64,000 nucleotides of DNA from a virus (lineage: Duplodnaviria; Caudoviricetes), in the IMG/VR virus record IMGVR_UViG_3300045391_005708, positions 1 through 64,000 of that record. One strand, written 5' to 3'. The notes beneath the pieces were generated by a model that saw only the letters and a list, made by a program, of their open reading frames with translations, was not told the origin of the DNA and ran no database searches. Below, piece by piece: positions 45,254 to 53,541 of this stretch (the first letter of the stretch is position 1; the number at the start of each line of letters is the position of its first letter). The position numbers and the translations under genes are program-made.

Positions 45254-48009
45254 TTCCCTCTCCCTTCCCCCAGCGCCCTGAAGGCGTCGTACTTGGCCTG
45301 GTCCGCCACGACCAGCCTCCCCCCGACGTTTCGCGCGAGGAGCGTCGGCGGCTTGGTCGTGGTGTCGTACAGTTCGAAGCCGTCGAAGCGCGGCGCGAGG
45401 TCCGGCACGATGCTGGCCACCGACCTGTGCGTCTCCTCCAGGTAGGCGGGCGGGATGAACCTCCCCGTCTTCTCGCCCCTGGCCTGCGCCCTGGCGAGCG
45501 CCTCCTCGATCGGCACGGTCGCGTAGATCCCGCGCGTCGTGTAGCCAGCCTCCCGCGCCTCGTCCAACTTCCCGCCCATCTTCTCGGCCGAGTGGTCCCC
45601 GGTCCCGTCCAGCACCACGTCCAGGCCTCGCGCGATCGCGGCCTGCCGGAGCCGCATCGCGATCATGGACGACTCCTCGTGCACGTAGGCCGCCGCGCCC
45701 GGGTCCTTGCGGGCCAGGCCCTCCTGGTACTCGGGGATGTCGCCCTTGATGTCGTCGGCGTTGATGAAGACGGCGCTCTCCGGCGAGGGGAAGTTCCCCG
45801 GGTCGGAGTTGACGATCGTGCTCTTCCCGGCCGCCGGGCCGCCGCCCATGAAGGTGAAGGTCTTCTCGCCGGAGGGGTTGGGGCGCACGTCCCCGAGGTA
45901 CTTGGCGACGATCCTGTCGTGCAGGGCCTGTCGCTCCGGGGAGAGGTGGCCGTCCGGGGTGATGTACTTGGCGACGGACCAGGCCGGGTCGACCTCGCCC
46001 AGGTGGACCCGCGACCCGACGTCCCCCTCGCCCCCGGCGCCCACGTCCCCGCGCGAGTCCGCGCCCGGGTCGTACAGGGTCCAGTCGGCGTCGGCCAGGC
46101 TCTCCAGGTCGTCCGCGGCCTGGGTGCCGCGCAGGGCGTCGGCGGCCGCGCGGAGCGGCGCCGGGTCGTCGCCGGGCTCCCACGATGCCGCGGCGTCGGC
46201 CACGTCCTCGGGCAGGTCCAGGCCGCCGACGATCTTGCCCGGGCTGTCGACCCAGCGGCCGGACAGGCCGCCGTTGCCCTTGGGGACGCGGAGTTCGCCC
46301 TCCCACGGCGCGCCGGAGGCCGCCACGGAGTCCGGCTGTCCGGTCAAGGGGAACTCGTGGCGCTCGTCGCCCCACCACAGCGCGACCGCGTCGAACGGGA
46401 TGGCCACCACGTCCTGCGCGGCCTCCAGGTCCTCGTCGGCCAGGCCGGGCTCTTCGTCGCTGCCCCGGTAGCCGACCGTCACGTGGGGCGTGTACTCGGG
46501 GTACTTCGTGGCGCCGGAGTCCTGGTACATGCTGTCCAGTTCGCTGTCCACGCTGTCGCCCCCGCCCAGGGCCTCGAACAGGGCCTGGAGTTCCGGGCTG
46601 TCCAGCATCCAGACCTGCGCGCCGGAGTCGCCCAGGGGCTCGACGCCCCTGACGGTCGCCGCGAACGGCGGGGTGGACCCGGCCACGACCCTGGCGCAGT
46701 CGAGGAACAGCGCCTTGCTGGACAGCATCCGCTGGCCGTCCTCGCTGGCGGACGGCTCGCCGAAGTACGCCAGGGTCGCGTGCTTCTCCTCGGGTCCGAT
46801 GTAGTGGACCACGGCGTCGTCGTGGGGGATCGCCGCGAACATGATCGAGGGGTCCTCCGGGTCCGCGCTCGCCCCGCTGGCCAGCGTCTCCGTCCCGGCG
46901 GCCGCGTTCTCCAGGCCCTTGATCGCGTCCTGCAGTTGCCTCCTCTGCCCGGGCTCCATCTTGTCGGCCCAGCCGTCCAGGAGCCCCTTGACGCTGTTGA
47001 TGACGCTCTTGACGAGGGCCGCGTCTCCCCCGCCCCCGCCGCCCCCGCCGGGCTGCCCGGCCCCGGCCGGGGACGACGGGGAGCCCCTGCCCGGCGCGGC
47101 CTTCTTGGCCGCCGGGCCGCCCTGCTTGCCTCCCCCGCTGCCGCCCTTGTGTCCCCCGCCGCCGTGGTGCGGCGCCGCGGCCTGGCCGTTGATGAACGCC
47201 TCGGCGTTCTTCTTGATCTTCTCCATGAGGGCCTGGACCTGCGGGCCGGAGAGGTCGGCCATGAGCGGCCCGAGCGCCTTGAGGATGCCCTCCATGAGCC
47301 GCTGCACGCGCTGGGCCTTGCTCAACTTCGGGGGCTTCTTCGCGGGGGCCGCCGGGGCCTTCTTGGCCGGTGCCTTCTTGCCCGCTCCGCCGCCCGAGCC
47401 CTTGGGGATGAATCGCCCGCCCTTCGGCGTCCCGGCGTCGCCGCGCGGGTGGGCGCTCTCGTCCCAGTTCGGGTCGCCGGTCTTGGTCGGCTTCATCCTG
47501 GTCGGGTAGCCCGGCCCCCGGCCCTTCTTGGCCGGGGGGCTGGCCTCGGGGGCCGGGGGTCGGGCCGTCTCGGGGTCGCCGGGCCGCGAGACGAGCGCCT
47601 CGGGGGCGAACAGCCGGAGGAGCGCGTCCTCCTCGCTACCGGCGAAGATGTCGACCAGGGCGGCCAGGTCCTCCTCGTCGTCCGCCTGGTCGTCCAGGTC
47701 CGCGTCGCTGCCGGGGAACCTCGCCCCGACGTACTCGTCCGCCAGCGGGCCGTCCGGCACCGCCCAGGGGTCCTCCCCCTCGCGGACGGCCAGGGCGTTG
47801 CCCCTGATGTCGGGGGCCGCGTCGTCCGTGTACCACACGAGCCAGATCCCCAGGAACGTGTTGGGGACCAGGCTCGACGCCTGGACCGTCAGGCCCTCCG
47901 TGCCGCGCTGCCCGTCCAGCCACCCCTGGGCCTTCGCGACCGCGGCCTCGGGCGCCATGAGCGGCGCCTGCTGGGCCGGGTCGTCCACCATGAGTTCGTC
48001 GAGGTCCAT
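45250..48009 (-). CDS. Multidomain head-associated protein: unknown N-terminal domain, 2H phosphoesterase, zeta-toxin kinase
   Basis: HATL and HVTV 2H motifs (46340-46845); MGGGPAAGKST, INADDIK, VHEES, VLDGT, R..R...GR.IP (zeta, 45270-45960). Confidence 0.85.
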   Translation of the reverse strand: MDLDELMVDDPAQQAPLMAPEAAVAKAQGWLDGQRGTEGLTVQASSLVPNTFLGIWLVWYTDDAAPDIRGNALAVREGEDPWAVPDGPLADEYVGARFPGSDADLDDQADDEEDLAALVDIFAGSEEDALLRLFAPEALVSRPGDPETARPPAPEASPPAKKGRGPGYPTRMKPTKTGDPNWDESAHPRGDAGTPKGGRFIPKGSGGGAGKKAPAKKAPAAPAKKPPKLSKAQRVQRLMEGILKALGPLMADLSGPQVQALMEKIKKNAEAFINGQAAAPHHGGGGHKGGSGGGKQGGPAAKKAAPGRGSPSSPAGAGQPGGGGGGGGDAALVKSVINSVKGLLDGWADKMEPGQRRQLQDAIKGLENAAAGTETLASGASADPEDPSIMFAAIPHDDAVVHYIGPEEKHATLAYFGEPSASEDGQRMLSSKALFLDCARVVAGSTPPFAATVRGVEPLGDSGAQVWMLDSPELQALFEALGGGDSVDSELDSMYQDSGATKYPEYTPHVTVGYRGSDEEPGLADEDLEAAQDVVAIPFDAVALWWGDERHEFPLTGQPDSVAASGAPWEGELRVPKGNGGLSGRWVDSPGKIVGGLDLPEDVADAAASWEPGDDPAPLRAAADALRGTQAADDLESLADADWTLYDPGADSRGDVGAGGEGDVGSRVHLGEVDPAWSVAKYITPDGHLSPERQALHDRIVAKYLGDVRPNPSGEKTFTFMGGGPAAGKSTIVNSDPGNFPSPESAVFINADDIKGDIPEYQEGLARKDPGAAAYVHEESSMIAMRLRQAAIARGLDVVLDGTGDHSAEKMGGKLDEAREAGYTTRGIYATVPIEEALARAQARGEKTGRFIPPAYLEETHRSVASIVPDLAPRFDGFELYDTTTKPPTLLARNVGGRLVVADQAKYDAFRALGEGRGK

Positions 48010-51000
48010 CACTTCAGCCTGTTCTCGTCCCGGGGCAGGACCGGCGCGCTCGTCCCGACCTGCCTGAACTTCTCCCACTCCGGGTGCGTCTTCAGGTGGG
48101 TCAGCGCCTTGGCGGCCTCGGTGTACTCCGCCGACGCCGCGGCCCGGGCCTCGCTTAGCCGCACCCACTCCGGGTCGTCGGTCCGCGGGGTGAGGGGCTC
48201 CCCGGGCAGGCGGCTGTTGTACAGCGCCGTCTCTCGCTTCCTCATCGCCTCGTACAGTTTGTTGCTCCTGACGGCCGCCTCGCGGCGGCGCGCCTTGGCG
48301 GCCGCCAGGGCCTTGCCGAAGTCCGGGTCCAGGCCGTTCACGTCCTGGGTGAACGACGGCGGGGACAGCATGGCCTCCACGTCCTTGGCCAGCGGCTTGT
48401 CGTCGAGGCGCATCAACTCGACGCTCCGCCACCCCATGTCGCCCCAGTAGTCGCCCTCCGGCGGGGGCTGGACGACGGCGCCGGTCTGGGCGTCGTAGAA
48501 GGTGACCGAGCCGTCCTCGTTCCGCTCCCAGTTCCAGATGTGGCCGCTGCTCCGGCCGGTCCAGTCGGCGTCGATCGTGCCGCGGCTGCCCGGCGGGTAG
48601 CGGTCGACGGTCGGGGTCGTCCGGCCGTCGTCAGGGCCGAAGTCCTTCTGCGTCAGCGCGGCGACGACCCGCTCGTACTTCCCCTTGGCCCTCGTGCCCT
48701 TGGGGATCTCGACGCGCTCGCTGCTCGTCCAGGTGACCCCGCGGAACCAGACGCCGTACGCGCCGCGCGGGTTGCGGCCGTGGTCGGCGCGCTTGGGGTG
48801 CACGTCGAGGCCCCGGCGGCGCAGTTCGTACGCGGCGCTGGCCAGCACGCAGTTGTGGTTCTTCTGCCCGGCCTGCTCGCGCACGGTGTAGAACTGGCCG
48901 ACAGCCGCGATCACCTCCTCGGGGTGGGTGGACTCCGGCGGCAGCCCGCCGTACCGGCCCGCCAGGTCGGCGTGCACGTCGGACTCCGCCTGCATCGTCA
49001 GGCGCTGCATCACGGCGTCCAACTCGTCCTTCTTGGCCATGAGGGCGCGGCCGACCGGGGTCTGCTCGGCGCCCGTGAACCGCAGGCTGCGGAGGGCGGA
49101 GCCCCACTTGTTGAGGTCGGAGTTCATCGCCGCGGCCGACATGTCCATGAGGAGCGGGGCCTGGCTGTAGACCCAGCCCTCGCCGACTGTCTCCCGGCCG
49201 GGGTGGTACCGCTGCCAGATCGCCAGGTCCGTGATCGCCGCGGACAGGTCCTCCGGCCTCTTCGCGGACAGCGCCCGGTTCAGGTGCCGCTCCCCCTCGC
49301 CGTCCAGTTGCCACTCGTCCGGCTTGAAGAGGCTGTCCTCCCACGCCTGCCGCACGTCGATCAGGGCCTCGCTGGTGTCCGGCCAGGGCTTCGGCATCAA
49401 CTTCGCCGCCACCTTGGCCTTCATCATCGCGTCGTGGAACTTGCCCTCGTCGTTGTACTTCAGGCCGAGGAGCGCGCTGTTCAGCAGGCCGGGCATGACG
49501 CGGTACTGCTCCTCCTGCTCCGGCGTCAGCGTGGCCTGGTTGCCCTCCGTGGAGTAGTACGTCCGCTCGGCGTGGACGCGCTCGACCAACTGCCTCAGCG
49601 CCGCCCGCGCCGCCTCCCGCCGGGCCGCCCCGGGCTGCCCCTCCGTCGACGGCAGGACGGCGTTCAGCGCGTCGACGTAGCGCGCGTGGGGGCCGGGCGG
49701 GGCCTTCGGGGGCAGGGTGGCCCCGGCGTACTTAACGGCGTACGCGGGCACGTCCTCCTGGGCCAGGTAAGGCGGCCAGTAGCCCAGGCCGTCCTTGAAG
49801 TGGTAGGCGCCCCCGACGCTGTTGCAGTAGAGGCCCAGGCTCTCCACGTCCATCGGGCTGTCGAGGAGGATCACGGGGTCGATCTCGACGTTGCCCGTGT
49901 CCTCGTTGCGGAACACGCCCAGGTGGAACTTCTGGTACGGCAGGACCTCGGCGAAGTCGGCCTTGGCCTTGTCCATCGCGTTGGCGACCTCCACGTCCGA
50001 GGACCCGATGGGCACGGTGACCGTCTCGACGCCGGGGCTCTTGGCCGTGATCGCGTACTTCAGGGCGTACTCGTCGCTCTCGGGGTCGACGACCTCGCCC
50101 GTGTGCGCGTCGATGGTGACGCCGCCCCACTCCTCCTTGACGGCCCTGGCGGCCTTGGCCTTCAGCAGGCCCCAGCCGCCGCCCTCCAGGCCGGTCGCCG
50201 GGGACTGGTTGTCCATGAGGTCCTGGAACTGCGCGGCCCCCTGCCGGTACAGGTCCTCGTACGTCGCCAGGTCCACCGCGCGGGTGCGCGGCGTGTCGGG
50301 GTTGCTCAGCCGGTCGCGCGTCATGGGGACCGGCGGGAAGTCGACCTCGGGCGGCACGTCCGGCATGGTGTCCGGCGTCGGCGTCTCGTCGATGTCCGGG
50401 TTGTCTTCTCCCAGGGGCGGCGGGTCCTCGCCTCCGGGCTCCTCCAGGGCGGCCTTCAAGCCGTCCACGTCCCACCCGTAGAAGGCGCTCCCCAGCCCCT
50501 CGGGGTCCTCGACGATCCCCTTGCGCCGCGTCCACCACGGCGCCGAGGCCGGGGTGGGCTCCACGTACAGGGCGACCCCGTCGCCCAGGGCCTTGCGCTG
50601 CGCCGCCTCCAGGAGCCTGGCCCCGGCCCCCTTCTGGAGGGACCCCAGGTAGTCCAGCACGTAGTAGGCGGGGTTCCCGTCCTCGTCGGTCTCGTGCTTG
50701 ACCAGCCCGGCGGCCCCGCGGAGGTTCCCGCCGTCGTCCAGGTCGGCGACGACCGTGGCGGCGTCCCCGAAGTCCCTGGCGGCCTCCAGGGCGCGGCGGG
50801 TGAACTCCGCGCGGTCGTCCTCGCCCTCGACCGTGGCGGCGAGGCGGGCCGCCTCCGCCGCGTCGACCTCCCGGGGGCCGGGACCGGCGTTCGACGGGTC
50901 GTCCTCGGGCGCGTCCGGCGCGACCTGCTTCAGGGTCCCGTCCTTCTCGAAGCCGTGCACGTCCAGGTCGACCTCGGCGTTCTTCTGGGCCTGCACGTTC

Positions 51001-53150
51001 ACCCAGTCCGCGAACTCCTGGTTGCTGATGCCGGGCACGGGCTGGTAGACGGTCTGCCGGTCGTGGGCGCCCGGCCCCTTGGTCGCGTAGCCGAGTTCGA
51101 CGGCGTAGTCCAGGGCGTTGGTCTGGGCGTCCTCCACGATCAGCGCGGGGGTCTTCCCGTCCTCGCCCTGCGTCCTGGTGTCGTCCCCCAGCCCTCCCAG
51201 GTACTCCTCCGCGGCCTGCGCCTCGTCGGCCGTGGGTGCCCTGAAGCCCTCGGGACCCCTGCCCGGCTCGTCGGGGTGCCGGTCGAGCTCCGAGGGGGCG
51301 TCCGCGGGCGCCTTGCGCTGGAAGATCCTGAGGCTCTTGGCCGAGTACGCGGCGTTGGTCTTCCCGCCGCCGGGCTGGCGGCCCAGGCTGTACGTCCACT
51401 CCCCCGCGCCGTCCGGGCTCGCGGCGGTGACGTACCACCACGTCCGCGCCTGCCCCTTGCCCACGATGTCCCCGACCTGGAGGGGAGGCTCGCCGTCCGC
51501 CGGGCGGGCGGGGCTGTAGCGCACGTCCATGCCGGGTTCGAGCCCGGTGGTGTGCGCGTCCAGGCCCTCGTTCCACGCCTGCTTCTTGGTGAGGTCGGAC
51601 TCCTGCTCCTGCGTGAGGTCCAGCCCGGCGTCGCGGTCGGACCGGGCCTGGAGTTCCGCCAGGTACGCGGCCCGCCTGCGGCGCATGGTCGGGGACGGCG
51701 CGGTGTGGTGGGAGTTGATCGCCTCGACGGCCTTCAGCAGTTCGCCGGAGGGCCCCTGCACCAGGGGGTCCTCGCCGACGGGGATGTCTCCGGGGAGGGC
51801 GCCGTCCCAGCGGTTCTTCCGCACGCGGCCCGCGGGCGCCGCCCCCACGTCGCTGGAGCCGTCGAACAGCGTCCAGTCCGTGTCGGCGTACTCGTGGATG
51901 CCGTCCGCCGCCTCGCGCAGGGCGTCGGCCACGCTGGGGTCCGCCGACGACGCCGCGTCCAGGGCCTCGGCGGCCGCGCGGAAGGCGGGAGTCTCTCCCT
52001 CGTACGCCTCGCGGTCGTCGGGGTCGATGCCGTCCAGGGCGTCCCGCGCCTCCGCCACCGCCGCCTTGGCCGGGTCCTCGCCAGGCAGGCCAGCGAGCAG
52101 TTGGTCGAGGTCGTCCAGGTGCTTCCAGGGGGTGAAGGTCCACCGGCCGGAGCGGTCGCCGTTCCCCCTGGGGATGCGCAGTTGGTCGCGCCACGACTCG
52201 CTGGCGAAGGCCGTCGCGGCCGCCGCCAGGGCGTTGTAGTCGGACTCGCGCGCCCCGACCACGGTGCACCGGCAGTTGACCGTCTCCCAGGGCGGCGCGG
52301 ACGGGTCGCCGGGCATCATCAGGAGGGACTGGCCGACCTTGAACGGCCGACCCAGCGGCACGACCTGGCCGTCCGCGTGCCGGTGCGTCTCGCGGGTCCT
52401 GGGGTCCTCGGTGGCCACCCACTCCTTGTAGGCCACGCCCTCCTGCGCGAGCGCCGCGAGCGCGCCGCTGTTCCAGGCGGCCGTCGACTCAGTGCGGGCG
52501 ATGCGCGTGGCCCGGGCCTTCCAGTAGCCCTCGTCCGCCCTGATCCTGTCGACCGCCTCGGCCCGCAGGGCCTGCCAGACCTTGACCTCCGGGTCGTGCC
52601 TGTGCGCGTGCGTCCTGGCCGGGGTGCCGGTCGGCCCGAGCGGGTCCAGGATCCTGTCGATCTGGTCCTCGGCGTACCGCCTCTGCCGCTCCCAGTACCG
52701 CTTGCTGGGCTCCCACCTCAGGCGCTCCGCGATGTCCCGCGCGGCCTGCTCCGTGGACCAGCCGCCGAGGGCCGCGTGGCTCTGGGAGGTCCGCACCTGG
52801 TCGAACGCCTCCTGGGGGATCTCGGGCAGCGCGTCGCGGCTCAGGCGGTCGCGGACGGCCGCCAGGTGGAAGGCCATCGCGTCGGCGCGCGGGCTGACCT
52901 TCCTCTCCCCTCCCCAGGTGGTCGAGAACGCGTCCTCCCAGGTGCGGCGGATCTCCTCGACCACGCTGTCCCTGGTGGAGTCGGTCCACCAGCCCAGCAT
53001 GACGCCGAGGGCCAGGACCGGCTGCGCCTGGTCGGCGCGCCCGGCGCGGACCGCCGCGAGCACGGCGTCCAGGACCTTCCTCAGGAAGGACCGCGTGTCC
53101 TCCTCGACGACCCTCGCCAGGGCCGCCTCGGCGGCGTCACGCCCGTCCAC
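48009..53150 (-). CDS. MuF-like minor head protein with GNAT-like and C-terminal papain-fold toxin domains (1713 aa)
   Basis: RATRIARTES, KEWVAT.D.RTR.TH..ADGQ, LMMPGDP, ETVNCRC (MuF); LDYLGS..KGAG..LL (GNAT-like); NCVLAS..YELRRRG / GHIWNW / FYDAQTG (Tox-PL). Confidence 0.85.
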   Translation of the reverse strand: MDGRDAAEAALARVVEEDTRSFLRKVLDAVLAAVRAGRADQAQPVLALGVMLGWWTDSTRDSVVEEIRRTWEDAFSTTWGGERKVSPRADAMAFHLAAVRDRLSRDALPEIPQEAFDQVRTSQSHAALGGWSTEQAARDIAERLRWEPSKRYWERQRRYAEDQIDRILDPLGPTGTPARTHAHRHDPEVKVWQALRAEAVDRIRADEGYWKARATRIARTESTAAWNSGALAALAQEGVAYKEWVATEDPRTRETHRHADGQVVPLGRPFKVGQSLLMMPGDPSAPPWETVNCRCTVVGARESDYNALAAAATAFASESWRDQLRIPRGNGDRSGRWTFTPWKHLDDLDQLLAGLPGEDPAKAAVAEARDALDGIDPDDREAYEGETPAFRAAAEALDAASSADPSVADALREAADGIHEYADTDWTLFDGSSDVGAAPAGRVRKNRWDGALPGDIPVGEDPLVQGPSGELLKAVEAINSHHTAPSPTMRRRRAAYLAELQARSDRDAGLDLTQEQESDLTKKQAWNEGLDAHTTGLEPGMDVRYSPARPADGEPPLQVGDIVGKGQARTWWYVTAASPDGAGEWTYSLGRQPGGGKTNAAYSAKSLRIFQRKAPADAPSELDRHPDEPGRGPEGFRAPTADEAQAAEEYLGGLGDDTRTQGEDGKTPALIVEDAQTNALDYAVELGYATKGPGAHDRQTVYQPVPGISNQEFADWVNVQAQKNAEVDLDVHGFEKDGTLKQVAPDAPEDDPSNAGPGPREVDAAEAARLAATVEGEDDRAEFTRRALEAARDFGDAATVVADLDDGGNLRGAAGLVKHETDEDGNPAYYVLDYLGSLQKGAGARLLEAAQRKALGDGVALYVEPTPASAPWWTRRKGIVEDPEGLGSAFYGWDVDGLKAALEEPGGEDPPPLGEDNPDIDETPTPDTMPDVPPEVDFPPVPMTRDRLSNPDTPRTRAVDLATYEDLYRQGAAQFQDLMDNQSPATGLEGGGWGLLKAKAARAVKEEWGGVTIDAHTGEVVDPESDEYALKYAITAKSPGVETVTVPIGSSDVEVANAMDKAKADFAEVLPYQKFHLGVFRNEDTGNVEIDPVILLDSPMDVESLGLYCNSVGGAYHFKDGLGYWPPYLAQEDVPAYAVKYAGATLPPKAPPGPHARYVDALNAVLPSTEGQPGAARREAARAALRQLVERVHAERTYYSTEGNQATLTPEQEEQYRVMPGLLNSALLGLKYNDEGKFHDAMMKAKVAAKLMPKPWPDTSEALIDVRQAWEDSLFKPDEWQLDGEGERHLNRALSAKRPEDLSAAITDLAIWQRYHPGRETVGEGWVYSQAPLLMDMSAAAMNSDLNKWGSALRSLRFTGAEQTPVGRALMAKKDELDAVMQRLTMQAESDVHADLAGRYGGLPPESTHPEEVIAAVGQFYTVREQAGQKNHNCVLASAAYELRRRGLDVHPKRADHGRNPRGAYGVWFRGVTWTSSERVEIPKGTRAKGKYERVVAALTQKDFGPDDGRTTPTVDRYPPGSRGTIDADWTGRSSGHIWNWERNEDGSVTFYDAQTGAVVQPPPEGDYWGDMGWRSVELMRLDDKPLAKDVEAMLSPPSFTQDVNGLDPDFGKALAAAKARRREAAVRSNKLYEAMRKRETALYNSRLPGEPLTPRTDDPEWVRLSEARAAASAEYTEAAKALTHLKTHPEWEKFRQVGTSAPVLPRDENRLK

Positions 53151-53541
53151 TGGCCTGCTCCGCGAGCCGGGCGGCCAGGACCTCGAACTCGTGCGGCTTG
53201 GCCGCGCGCACGACCTCGCGGACGTAGGAGTCCAGCGTCGCCGCGAGGTCGTGGTCCGCGACGCTGCAGCACCCGTGGTCGGACACGAGCCGCGGCAGCG
53301 TGGCCCACGCCCCGGCCAGCGCCGCGTCCAGGGCGGCCGCCGCCTCCTGGGGGAAGACCTCGTGCGCCTCGTGGTACCCCTTGCCGGACGCGCGCAGTTG
53401 CCCGAAGTACCTGCCGTTGGCCCGCGCCACGCGCTTGCCGACGAGTTCGAGGGCCCGGATCACGGCGATGTCGCACGCGGCCGCGAGCACCCGCATGTCC
53501 GCCCCGCCCTGGGCCTCGGCCTTCTCCCTGACGGTGCTCAC
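53137..53541 (-). CDS. Hypothetical protein between portal and MuF
   Basis: GTGA overlap with the portal stop; helical, ~134 aa. Confidence 0.65.
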   Translation of the reverse strand: MSTVREKAEAQGGADMRVLAAACDIAVIRALELVGKRVARANGRYFGQLRASGKGYHEAHEVFPQEAAAALDAALAGAWATLPRLVSDHGCCSVADHDLAATLDSYVREVVRAAKPHEFEVLAARLAEQASGRA

